Made by a program: the position numbers and the translations under genes | The notes under the pieces: model-generated | Seen by the model: the letters and a program-made list of their open reading frames with translations, nothing else | What the model was told of the DNA's origin: nothing | Database searches by the model: none | From: Spirochaetales bacterium | Lineage (GTDB): Bacteria; Spirochaetota; Spirochaetia; JABEVK01 | Direction of reading: 5' to 3' | Length of the DNA stretch: 64,000 nt | NCBI GenBank assembly: GCA_037142615.1 | Contig: JBAXAI010000001.1 | Location: forward strand, 160,001-224,000 | Shown here: positions 47,116 to 55,671 of the stretch, piece after piece | Position numbering within the stretch: the stretch's first letter is position 1 | Layout: each line of letters opens with the position of its first letter

Positions 47116-48872
47116 GGCCACGGGTGGTCCTCATCCCGAACACCTTGGTGTCACAGGGCATGGGCCACCTCAAGCGGTGCGCCTCGGCCGCAGAGGCCGT
47201 GAAAGAGGTCGCGCTGTGGTTCTGCCTCGACCCGGTGTTAGCCGGGGGGCCCACCTTCGACCCTGAGCAGTTGCAACTTTGGGTTGGCAGCCTACCGACA
47301 CTGGCGCAGTGGCCCGATTCCTGGGTCGCTGAAGTGGCTGTCCTCGACTTTCAGCGTACCTCTCCTGCCTTGCTTGCTTGGGTGGCCCGGCGCGCCAAGG
47401 TTGTCGTTGGCTGGGATGAAGGCGGCAAGGCACGGTTGAAGTTTCCGTTTCTCGTCGACTCACTGCCTCACCAAACCCTGCCGGCTCCCAACCTGAAACA
47501 TCCCGGTCTGCTTGGCTATCCTTCCGGTGCTTCGGTACCCGGCGAAAGGTTTCACCGTCCGATCCGAAGGGTCGTTGTAAGTTTCGGCGGGGCAGACCCG
47601 TTGGGTCTCACCGTCACCTTTTGCCGGTTTTGGTCTCAACTGGCCGACCGTCCTGCTTGGGAACTTACCGTTGTCCGCGGTCCCCTGGCCCGGTTCGAGT
47701 TGGCAGCCGTTTTCCCCGTTGTCGACAATCCTCCCGACTTGCCTCGTTTGCTAAGGGAGGCCGATTTGGTGATTACCTCGTGGGGTCTGACCGTTTTGGA
47801 GTCTCTGGCGGCGGGAACTCCCGTGCTCCTGCTCAATCCCTCGCGCTACCACGATGGGTTGGCACGCGCGGCCGGGCTTGCCCGTTTTGGTGTACTCCAG
47901 CCACGTGCCAAGGCGTTCCGCGATGCTCTCGGCTTGGCTCCAGCGGCTTCCGAAGCTGCTTGCGCCCGCCTGTTGCCCGAACCAGCCTCATCCTCGGACT
48001 ACTGGGGAACTTTCGGCGGCACCCCAGCGCGTTGTCCGGTTTGCGGCACAACCGGGCACGCGGTTTTCGCCCGGACACCGCACAAGTCGTTTCACCGTTG
48101 TCGTACCTGCTCGCTTGAGTTCCTGTCTGTTTACCAACTTGCGCCGAAAGTTTACTCCGACGCTTATTTCTTCGAGGATTACCAAGCGCAGTATGGCAAA
48201 ACCTATCTCGAAGATTTCGCCCACATCTCCTCGCTTGGTTCCGAGCGCCTGAGCTTTGTCACCAAAAAGCTCGGAATCCGGCCCGGCATTGTCTTTGACG
48301 TCGGCTGCGCTTTTGGTCCGTTCCTCGCGGCCGCTTCGAAAGAGGGCCTGCGCCCTTTCGGCGTCGACATTGCCGCGTCAGCCATCCGGCACGTCACCCA
48401 AACGCTGGGGTTTCCTGCCGTCCAGGCTTCTTGGCTCGATTTCGTTTGGCAAGACGCATTTCCAGGAGCTCCCCAGCCCGACCTGCTGACGATGTGGTAC
48501 GTCATCGAACACTTTTCCGACCTCGATTCTGTGCTAAGAAAGGTCAGTGCGGTCTTGGCAACCGGCGGTACCTTCGCCTTCGGCACGCCCAACGGTTTGG
48601 GAATGACCCGTCGTTTCCGGGGTACGAAGTTCTGGGACGAGAGTCCCGACGACCACTTTTCTGTTTGGAACCGCCGGTCCGCGAGACGAATCCTGAGAAA
48701 GTACGGTTTTGACATCCTCGGCTTTCGAAATACCGGACTCCACCCGGAGCGCTTCCCAGGAATCGGACCAGGTCGCGACTGGCGGTACCACGTCGTCGCT
48801 TGGCTGGGCAAGCGGCTGGGGTGGGGCGATACGTTTGAAGTCTACGCAAAAAAATCCAGGGAGTTGAAATGA
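47091..48872 (+). CDS. PseG/SpsG-like GT-B domain fused to a zinc-binding class I SAM methyltransferase
   Basis: GMGHLKRC and SFGGADP (PseG-like), CPVCG..CRTC, FDVGCAFG and YVIEHF. GGAGG precedes ATG 47091. Confidence 0.82.
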   Translation: MAQDASPLRPRVVLIPNTLVSQGMGHLKRCASAAEAVKEVALWFCLDPVLAGGPTFDPEQLQLWVGSLPTLAQWPDSWVAEVAVLDFQRTSPALLAWVARRAKVVVGWDEGGKARLKFPFLVDSLPHQTLPAPNLKHPGLLGYPSGASVPGERFHRPIRRVVVSFGGADPLGLTVTFCRFWSQLADRPAWELTVVRGPLARFELAAVFPVVDNPPDLPRLLREADLVITSWGLTVLESLAAGTPVLLLNPSRYHDGLARAAGLARFGVLQPRAKAFRDALGLAPAASEAACARLLPEPASSSDYWGTFGGTPARCPVCGTTGHAVFARTPHKSFHRCRTCSLEFLSVYQLAPKVYSDAYFFEDYQAQYGKTYLEDFAHISSLGSERLSFVTKKLGIRPGIVFDVGCAFGPFLAAASKEGLRPFGVDIAASAIRHVTQTLGFPAVQASWLDFVWQDAFPGAPQPDLLTMWYVIEHFSDLDSVLRKVSAVLATGGTFAFGTPNGLGMTRRFRGTKFWDESPDDHFSVWNRRSARRILRKYGFDILGFRNTGLHPERFPGIGPGRDWRYHVVAWLGKRLGWGDTFEVYAKKSRELK

Positions 48873-50329
48873 AGCGATTTGTCTTGTTGCTCGGCGGAGG
48901 TCGAATGCAGCTTCCCGCGCTCGAGGGTGCGCACAAGCTGGGACTCGGTGTTGTTTGTTTCGACGCGAAAGCTGACGTCCTTGCCCGTCCGTTGGCTGAC
49001 CATTTTGTCGTCTGCGATATCAGCCAGAAAGATGCGTGCCTTGAGGCGGCAAAGCAAGCCACCAAGCAGTTTCCCCTTCATGGGGTCCTGACGGTGGGCA
49101 CCGACTTCTCGACGACAGTAGCTTGGGTCGCTGTCGGGCTCGGGCTCCCTGGCATTCCCTACGAAGTTGCCCAAAGGGCCAAAGACAAAGGGCTCATGCG
49201 GGCCTGTTTCGCCGAGAACGGCGTCGCGTCGCCTCGGTATCACGTTTGGACCAAGGAAGTCGGCACAGACTTCCAGCCGTCGTTCGGACTTCCGTGCGTC
49301 GTCAAACCTGCTGACAGCATGGGCGCAAGAGGTGTGCGTCTCGTAACCTCGAACCAAGAGCTTGCGGTGGCACTCGACGAGGCTTCCGGCCACTCTCCCA
49401 CGGGACGAGTCATCGTGGAGCAATTCATCGACGGCCCTGAGTTCTCGCTTGACTCGATTGTCCGCGACGGAAAACTGCACCGGATGGGCCTTGCCGATCG
49501 GCATATTGTTTTTTCGCCGTACTTTGTCGAAATCGGCCACACCCTTCCATCGCGCTTCGGGCCCGAGGTGATTGAGTCGCTTTGGGTCGAGTTCGAGAAA
49601 GGAGTCCGTGCCCTCGGGATCCGCAATGGCGCAGCCAAGGGCGATGTCAAGCTTTCCTCTTCAGGACCCATGATCGGCGAAATCGCCGCGCGGTTGTCGG
49701 GCGGCTTTATGTCCGGCTGGACCTACCCATTGTCTTCGGGTCGTGATCCCACGCTCTGGGCCCTGGAAACCGCGCTGGGAGAGCCCTTGACGCCGCAGGC
49801 GGAAGACAAGCGTTCTCCCGTCGTCGAGAGGGCGTGGATCAGCATTCCAGGCCTCCTGCGCAACATCGGAGACTTGGAAGCCGTGCGTCGTATTCCGGGC
49901 GTCGCAGAAGTCTTTGTTAACCTGAGGCCTGGCCAAACGATGAGTTTTCCCAGGAACAACGTCGAAAAAGCCGGCAATCTCATCTGCACCGGTGCTACTT
50001 TCGAACTGGCAGAAACCTCCGCCCGCCGGGCCCGAAATCTGCTTTCGCTCGACCTCGGACCCAACCAGAGGCTCACAGACGCCTTTTTGGCGGATGATGA
50101 CCAACCGTGGTGGTTTGAGGGCGCAGCCTCCTGCGATCCGGCCCACTGGTGGGAACGCTCGGCATCCGAGGGCTGGCAGGATCCCTACGGCAACACGGTT
50201 GCTGAGTTGCTCCGAGCGGCGGGCCTCGAGGCTGACAAGGCAAACCTCTCGCCCCGTGAAACCCGTGCCTACTTCAAGGGGGGCCTTCAAGGTCTCAACT
50301 ACGTCCGGGCGAGCCAGAAAAGCTTGTGA
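48869..50329 (+). CDS. ATP-grasp ligase
   Basis: KDKGLMR, VVKPADSMGARGV, VEQFIDGPEFSLD and GEIAARLSGG. Confidence 0.9.
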   Translation: MKRFVLLLGGGRMQLPALEGAHKLGLGVVCFDAKADVLARPLADHFVVCDISQKDACLEAAKQATKQFPLHGVLTVGTDFSTTVAWVAVGLGLPGIPYEVAQRAKDKGLMRACFAENGVASPRYHVWTKEVGTDFQPSFGLPCVVKPADSMGARGVRLVTSNQELAVALDEASGHSPTGRVIVEQFIDGPEFSLDSIVRDGKLHRMGLADRHIVFSPYFVEIGHTLPSRFGPEVIESLWVEFEKGVRALGIRNGAAKGDVKLSSSGPMIGEIAARLSGGFMSGWTYPLSSGRDPTLWALETALGEPLTPQAEDKRSPVVERAWISIPGLLRNIGDLEAVRRIPGVAEVFVNLRPGQTMSFPRNNVEKAGNLICTGATFELAETSARRARNLLSLDLGPNQRLTDAFLADDDQPWWFEGAASCDPAHWWERSASEGWQDPYGNTVAELLRAAGLEADKANLSPRETRAYFKGGLQGLNYVRASQKSL

Positions 50330-51390
50330 GAACTCTGGCGTTGTCGCTTTTGTTGTTCGCTTCGGCCTCGTTGGCGTCGCAGCAACCCGCCGGAGTCTCG
50401 CTCCAGGACTTTGCAACCCAGGCCGGTGCTCAATTGTGGACAGATCCTTGGCGCGGCGTTGCCTTGCTTCAAACCGAAAACCGGACCCTTTCTGTCGATT
50501 TTGCGACGGGCCTTGGTCTCGGGGATGGTGAACAGGAGTTCCAACTCCAGCCACTCGCCGCCTCTGCCTCCGGGCCCCTGCTGGCAAGGGCCGACGCGGA
50601 CCGGCTCCGCGACTGGTTTCGCCAGACCTCGGGCGGCGGTCCCCCAAAACCTGGTCCCGACCCGGTTGTCGCCGAGGCCCCCATCAGGCAAGATTCCCAT
50701 CGCCGGGTCCAGGTGATCGTTCTCGATGCAGGCCACGGAGGCAACGATCCGGGCAGCATTGGCCGCCACGAAATCGACGGCAAAACCGTGGTACTAAAGG
50801 AAAAAGACCTTACCCTCGCTGTCGTGCTCGAGACAAACCGCCTCCTGCAGGAAGCGTTTCCAGACCGCACCATTGTACTGACCAGGGCAACTGACACGTA
50901 TCCCACGCTGGAAGAACGGGTGAGGAAGGCCCATGCCCAGAAACTCGGTCCTCACGATTCGATTCTCTTTTTGTCGGTGCACTTCAACGCTTCCCTCAAT
51001 GCGAAGGCGCGAGGGTTGGAGTTCTGGTACGTGCCTCAGGAGTTCGAGCGCGAGGTTATCGCGGCGCACGATGTTCCAGAATCGGTATTTCCAGTCCTCA
51101 ATTTGATGGTCGATCAGGAGTTCAAGAAGGAAAGCCAGGACCTAGCCCAAGACCTCGCCCAGGGGCTGGCCGCCGAACTGGGCGATGACCAGATCCAACG
51201 GGGTCTCAAGGAGAATCCCTGGTTTGTGGTCCGCATGGCCCGCATGCCAGCCGTCCTGGCAGAACTCGGTTTTATCACCAACGCCGACGAGGCGAAGAGT
51301 CTGACCGAGCCCTCATACTTGAAGCAGTTGGCACACGGCCTCTATACTGGACTGGCTTCTTTTATCCGCACCTATGAGGACGTTCCATGA
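50326..51390 (+). CDS. N-acetylmuramoyl-L-alanine amidase (Amidase_3)
   Basis: Signal peptide, LDAGHGGNDPG, EKDLTL, FLSVHFNAS and MPAVLAELGFITN. Confidence 0.95.
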   Translation: MRTLALSLLLFASASLASQQPAGVSLQDFATQAGAQLWTDPWRGVALLQTENRTLSVDFATGLGLGDGEQEFQLQPLAASASGPLLARADADRLRDWFRQTSGGGPPKPGPDPVVAEAPIRQDSHRRVQVIVLDAGHGGNDPGSIGRHEIDGKTVVLKEKDLTLAVVLETNRLLQEAFPDRTIVLTRATDTYPTLEERVRKAHAQKLGPHDSILFLSVHFNASLNAKARGLEFWYVPQEFEREVIAAHDVPESVFPVLNLMVDQEFKKESQDLAQDLAQGLAAELGDDQIQRGLKENPWFVVRMARMPAVLAELGFITNADEAKSLTEPSYLKQLAHGLYTGLASFIRTYEDVP

Positions 51391-51851
51391 GAATTGACCG
51401 TGTTGCCTTCTGGATCGGGAGCAGTCTTGTGTTGTTTCTGCTTGCTTCCTTGGCACTCTATCTGTTTGTTCCCAGGAGCCTGGCCAGGACCGTTCTTTCG
51501 TTTCCCGAGGACATTACCGGGAAGCTTGTTCCCGAGGTTCGCTTCTTGCCCTTCACATGGGAAGAAGAACACAACGTACGCTTGTTGGTGAACGAAGTCG
51601 TCCTCGGCCCGGCCCGGCATAATCACCAGCGACTTTTTTCGCGGCAGGCCTCCGTTAGGTCGGTTCTCGTGCGGTCGGGCGTGATTTACGTGGATTTGGA
51701 GAAAGCCTCTTTTATTCCCGACCCTGATGTATTATACTCACCCCAAAGGTCCTTGGATGTCCTTGAGAAGACTGTATTGGACAACTTCCGTAATTTGTCG
51801 TCGGTTCAGATTTCCGTCGATGGGCTCCAGCCACTCGATAAATCTCGTTGA
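51387..51851 (+). CDS. GerMN domain membrane protein
   Basis: N-terminal TM, LVPEVRFLP, LVNEVVLGP, IYVDL and SVQISVDG. Follows the amidase. Confidence 0.75.
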   Translation: MRIDRVAFWIGSSLVLFLLASLALYLFVPRSLARTVLSFPEDITGKLVPEVRFLPFTWEEEHNVRLLVNEVVLGPARHNHQRLFSRQASVRSVLVRSGVIYVDLEKASFIPDPDVLYSPQRSLDVLEKTVLDNFRNLSSVQISVDGLQPLDKSR

Positions 51852-51875
51852 CAAAGAAGGGAGCATCCATATAAT
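51848..51875 (+). promoter_or_regulatory. Consensus sigma-70 promoter TTGACA-N16-TATAAT for flaA
   Basis: Hexamers at 51848-51853 and 51870-51875. The -35 contains the GerMN TGA stop. Confidence 0.85.
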
Positions 51876-51913
51876 GAAAAATGACATTCCAAGGTAAATT
51901 TAAGGAGCACTGG

Positions 51914-52909
51914 ATGAAAAGGTTTTTCACGATTCTGGGTGTGGCTCTGTTCCTGGCTAACAGTGGAGCCTTTGCAGAACAAGCTACCCTCATCGATTTT
52001 GCGAAGTTGGTCGGGTCGGGCGACACTGGCCTCCACGCCGCCACAGCGATCGACTACTCGCGTCAGGCAGGTTCTGCCTATAGCGCCGAAGACAAGGTGA
52101 AGATGAAGATCTCCTTGGCAATCCCCAGTTGGGAGATTTCCTTGGCATCGTCGGCTCGTTCCGTCGAAAACCAGACTCTTTCTTACATCACCGCTGCTCC
52201 GGTCAAGGCTGATGCAGCGAAGTACGCCGGCGAGACGGTCATGGGTGTGCGGATTCACTTCCCCACCTACGGAGTCAACTCGTTTGCCGTCATCCGCCCA
52301 CCTTTCACCATTCCCGCTTATGCGACGATGGAAGGTGACCAGAATGCCAAGGCCGGTGCTCAGTTTGATGGCTATGGCGTGATCAAGAACGTGGGCGTTG
52401 TCAAGTCGCTTCAGATCAACGTTCTCGGACGTAATTTCCCCAACGGTCTTTCACTTCTTTTGGAAGACGAGCTCGGTCAAGAACAGGAAATCTTCATGGG
52501 TTACCTGAACTTCGACGGCTGGAAGTCGCTGACTTGGAATAATCCTGACTACCAACAGTCTGTCCGCAACCGCGAACTCAAGGTGAATGCGTTGTACCCC
52601 CGCTCGGCTCCGTTCCTGAAGCTCAAGGGCATCGTGGTTCGTCGTGACGCGGCTCAGGACGGCGGTGACGTGGTTTCCTACATCAAGGATATCAAAGTCA
52701 TCTATGACTTGGCTGTTGTCGATCGCAACGCCGACGTGGACGATGAAGCAATCTGGGGTATCCTGAAGCAGCGCGAAGAGTCGCAGCGCAACTTCGAACT
52801 TGCCCGCCTCGGCAACCTTCAGGTTCTCCGATCGCTGGAAGAAAAGAAGAAGGCGAGCGAATCTGGCTTCGACAGCGCTGCTCCTGCTGCAGCTGCCGCG
52901 ACCAAGTAA
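51914..52909 (+). CDS. flaA: Flagellar filament outer layer (sheath) protein FlaA
   Basis: Signal peptide, LIDFAKL, MGVRIHFP, GYGVIKNVGVVK, MGYLNFDGWK and YIKDIKVIYD. AAGGAG precedes ATG 51914. Confidence 0.96.
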   Translation: MKRFFTILGVALFLANSGAFAEQATLIDFAKLVGSGDTGLHAATAIDYSRQAGSAYSAEDKVKMKISLAIPSWEISLASSARSVENQTLSYITAAPVKADAAKYAGETVMGVRIHFPTYGVNSFAVIRPPFTIPAYATMEGDQNAKAGAQFDGYGVIKNVGVVKSLQINVLGRNFPNGLSLLLEDELGQEQEIFMGYLNFDGWKSLTWNNPDYQQSVRNRELKVNALYPRSAPFLKLKGIVVRRDAAQDGGDVVSYIKDIKVIYDLAVVDRNADVDDEAIWGILKQREESQRNFELARLGNLQVLRSLEEKKKASESGFDSAAPAAAAATK

Positions 52910-52925
52910 ACCTGTCTTGATCGAG

Positions 52926-52959
52926 AGGGTCGGCTGTTTCAGCCGGCCCTTTTTTTTTT
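52926..52959 (+). terminator. Intrinsic terminator after flaA
   Basis: AGGGTCGGCTG-TTT-CAGCCGGCCCT followed by poly-T. Confidence 0.9.
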
Positions 52960-52968
52960 GGAGTTTCG

Positions 52969-55044
52969 ATGACAACGCTGCAATACACCGCTAACTCTAC
53001 CGGGCTGTCCACCTCACAAGTGGGTGCCGTCCTGGAGTTGCTCTCGCAAGGACACACAGTTCCTTTCCTTGCCCGCTACAGAAAAGAAGCCACTGGCAAT
53101 TGCGATGAGGTACAAATCGCCGCGGTGGAAGAGGCTTCGTTGCGCTTCGAGGCTCTCGAAAAACGGCGGCAGACGATTCTGCTGTCGTTGAAAGAGCAAG
53201 GGCTCTGGACCGCCGCGTTGGAGGCTTCGCTACTGGTCGCACCCAACCTTGCAACCCTGGAGGATCTTTATCTTCCGTACCGCCCCAAGCGGAAGACCCG
53301 GGCCAGCCAGGCGCGCGAGGCGGGGTTCGGTGAACTAGCCGACTGGCTATGGACCAAAGGCACGCTGCAACCGGCGAAGGTCTGGACCGCCGAGGCGTAC
53401 TCGGGTGCGAATGACATCCTTGCCGAGCGACTGAGCGAAACCCCCTTGGTCCGGTCCGCTCTGAGGGACCTGTGCCGACGGGAGGGCGTACTGAGAGTCC
53501 GGCAACCTCGGGGCCACAAAGGTGAGAACCCATTTTCGGACCACCTTGAAAGGAATGAGTTGCTACGCCTGATTCCGGGGTATCGGCTTTTGGCGCTCCT
53601 TCGGGGCGTTGCTGAGGACCACCTCAAGTTGGAAGTGGAAATTGACCCGGCGCTCGCTCTGGAAGTTCTGGAGCGGTCTGCAGGTTTGACGTCCACAGTT
53701 CGCGAGGCCGTTCGAATGGCTGCCAGAGACGCGTGGAAACGCCTGATCCACCCAAGTCTGGAAGCCGAGGTGCTCACGGAGGCCCGTGAACGGGCTGAGC
53801 TTCAGGCGCTTGAGGTCTTTGCGGGCAACCTCCAGTCCGTTCTCCTCGCGCCGCCTTTGGGGCAGAAGCGTGTACTGGCTGTGGATCCTGGGTTCCGAAC
53901 TGGGTGCAAGGTCGTGGTGCTGAGCGCTCAGGGAGATCTGCTGGAGTACGGAGTAATCTCGCCTTTGGAGCCGCACAACCGCTCAGCAGAAGCCGAGACG
54001 AGAGTTCGGGCTTGGGTTTCCAAACACAAGGTGGAAGCCGTGGCTATCGGAAACGGAACCGCAGGTTCGGAATCCTTTGAGTTTTTCCGAAGTATGGCTT
54101 TGGGTGTTCCCTTGTACTCCGTTGCCGAAAGCGGAGCTTCGGTTTACAGCGCCAGTGCTGTCGCGCGGGAAGAGTTTCCGGATCTGGACCTGACGGTTCG
54201 TGGAGCGGTTTCGATAGGGCGACGCCTTCTCGATCCTCTGGCCGAACTAGTGAAGGTCGACCCGAAGTCCATCGGAGTGGGACAATATCAGCATGATGTC
54301 AACCAAAATGAGCTGAAAAGGCATCTCGACAGGGTTGTGGTGAGCTGTGTAAACCGGGTAGGCGTCGATGTAAACACCGCGACCTTTTCACTTCTGCGGT
54401 ACGTTGCTGGCTTCAGCACGAAGCTGGCCGGACAAGTGGTTGAACACCGGAGGAAGAAGGGGCCGTTCCGAAGTCGCCAGGAGTTTCGGCAGGTTACTGG
54501 GTTCGGAGACAAGACCTTTGAACAATCGGCGGGATTCCTTCGTATTTCGGGCGGAACAAACTGCCTCGACGGTACGGCCGTTCATCCTGAATCGTATTCC
54601 GTGGTCGAAAAGATCGCTTTGGCCCTCGGCGAATCCGTGGATGCCCTGGTTGGTGCCCCGAACCTGCGCGAGCGGGTAGGTCCCCTGAAGTTGCCGGCGG
54701 GCCCAGCAACCTTGGCCGATATTCTTGCCGAGTTGGAGCGCCCGGGCCGTGATCCTCGGGCTGCCTCAGCGCGCGCAAACCACTCGCTGGAAGCGCGGAC
54801 AATGGCCGACTTGAAAGAAGGTGACGTCCTCGAGGGTGTGGTTACGAATGTCACGGATTTCGGGGCCTTTGTTGACATCGGCGTGCATCAAGATGGCCTG
54901 GTTCATATCAGTCAGTTGGCAGACCGGTTCGTAAATAGGCCCTTGGACGTGGTCCAACCGGGACTGAGGGTCTCCGTCCGGGTCCTCTCTGTGGACTTGA
55001 CCAAGAAACGCATCTCCTTGAGCCGAAAAGGCTTGGAGAAATGA
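52969..55044 (+). CDS. tex: Tex family RNA-binding transcription accessory protein
   Basis: TVPFLARYRKEATG, EDLYLPYRPKR, AVDPGFRTGCK, IGVGQYQHDV and a C-terminal S1 domain. Confidence 0.97.
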   Translation: MTTLQYTANSTGLSTSQVGAVLELLSQGHTVPFLARYRKEATGNCDEVQIAAVEEASLRFEALEKRRQTILLSLKEQGLWTAALEASLLVAPNLATLEDLYLPYRPKRKTRASQAREAGFGELADWLWTKGTLQPAKVWTAEAYSGANDILAERLSETPLVRSALRDLCRREGVLRVRQPRGHKGENPFSDHLERNELLRLIPGYRLLALLRGVAEDHLKLEVEIDPALALEVLERSAGLTSTVREAVRMAARDAWKRLIHPSLEAEVLTEARERAELQALEVFAGNLQSVLLAPPLGQKRVLAVDPGFRTGCKVVVLSAQGDLLEYGVISPLEPHNRSAEAETRVRAWVSKHKVEAVAIGNGTAGSESFEFFRSMALGVPLYSVAESGASVYSASAVAREEFPDLDLTVRGAVSIGRRLLDPLAELVKVDPKSIGVGQYQHDVNQNELKRHLDRVVVSCVNRVGVDVNTATFSLLRYVAGFSTKLAGQVVEHRRKKGPFRSRQEFRQVTGFGDKTFEQSAGFLRISGGTNCLDGTAVHPESYSVVEKIALALGESVDALVGAPNLRERVGPLKLPAGPATLADILAELERPGRDPRAASARANHSLEARTMADLKEGDVLEGVVTNVTDFGAFVDIGVHQDGLVHISQLADRFVNRPLDVVQPGLRVSVRVLSVDLTKKRISLSRKGLEK

Positions 55045-55115
55045 ACGAGCAGGGATTCGAACCCCGGACATCCTGCGTGTAAAGCAGGCGCTCTAACCAA
55101 CTGAGCTACTCGTCC
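55042..55115 (-). tRNA. tRNA-Val (TAC), CCA not encoded
   Basis: GGACGAGTAGCTCAGTTGGTTAGAGCGCCTGCTTTACACGCAGGATGTCCGGGGTTCGAATCCCTGCTCGTTCA folds as a cloverleaf with anticodon TAC. Confidence 0.97.
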
Positions 55116-55132
55116 GATCAGCGACCGACAAG

Positions 55133-55161
55133 AATCTATCGTCGGCCAGGCTTTTTGTCAA
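55133..55161 (-). promoter_or_regulatory. Promoter TTGACA-N17-TAGATT for tRNA-Val
   Basis: Reverse complement of AATCTA (55133-55138) and TGTCAA (55156-55161). The -35 contains the ilvN stop. Confidence 0.75.
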
Positions 55162-55670
55162 TTGCGGGAGGTATGGCTTTCGCCGCGGCTAATGAGCACC
55201 TTTCCGCTGCGCACCAGTTCGAGAATCCCATAGGGGAGTAACATCTCCTTCAAGGCGTCCAGTTTTTCGGTCTTTCCAGTCACCATCAACGTCAATGTTG
55301 TCGCCGTCAAGTCTTCGGTTACCGCTTTGAACGTCTGCGCAATTTGCAACACTTCGGTCCGTTTCTCTTGAGGACAGTGAATCTTGAAAAGACCGAGTTC
55401 TTTCTGGATCACATCTTCATTCGAGTAATCGCGCGCGCTGACCACATCAATGAGCTTATTCAGTTGCTTCAGAATCTGCTGAAGGGTGGGCAGGTCGCCC
55501 AGGGCCACGATATTCATGTAGGAATACTGGGGGTCAGTCGATTCGGAAACAACCAGAGAGTCGATATTGTAGCCGCGTCGGGAAAAAACTTGGGCAATCC
55601 GGTTCAATACCCCCGGCTTGTTGGCGACATACAAGCTGATCGTGTGCCGCAGCGTGGAATTCTTTACCAT
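55158..55670 (-). CDS. ilvN: Acetolactate synthase small (regulatory) subunit
   Basis: NKPGVLNRIAQVFSRRGYNIDSL, QILKQLNKLIDV and GILELVRSG. Confidence 0.97.
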   Translation of the reverse strand: MVKNSTLRHTISLYVANKPGVLNRIAQVFSRRGYNIDSLVVSESTDPQYSYMNIVALGDLPTLQQILKQLNKLIDVVSARDYSNEDVIQKELGLFKIHCPQEKRTEVLQIAQTFKAVTEDLTATTLTLMVTGKTEKLDALKEMLLPYGILELVRSGKVLISRGESHTSRN

Positions 55671-55671
55671 C

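Noticed and set aside
55042-55115. tRNA-Val as an island integration site
   Set aside because: It is flanked by core genes; I saw no duplicated 3' end or integrase.
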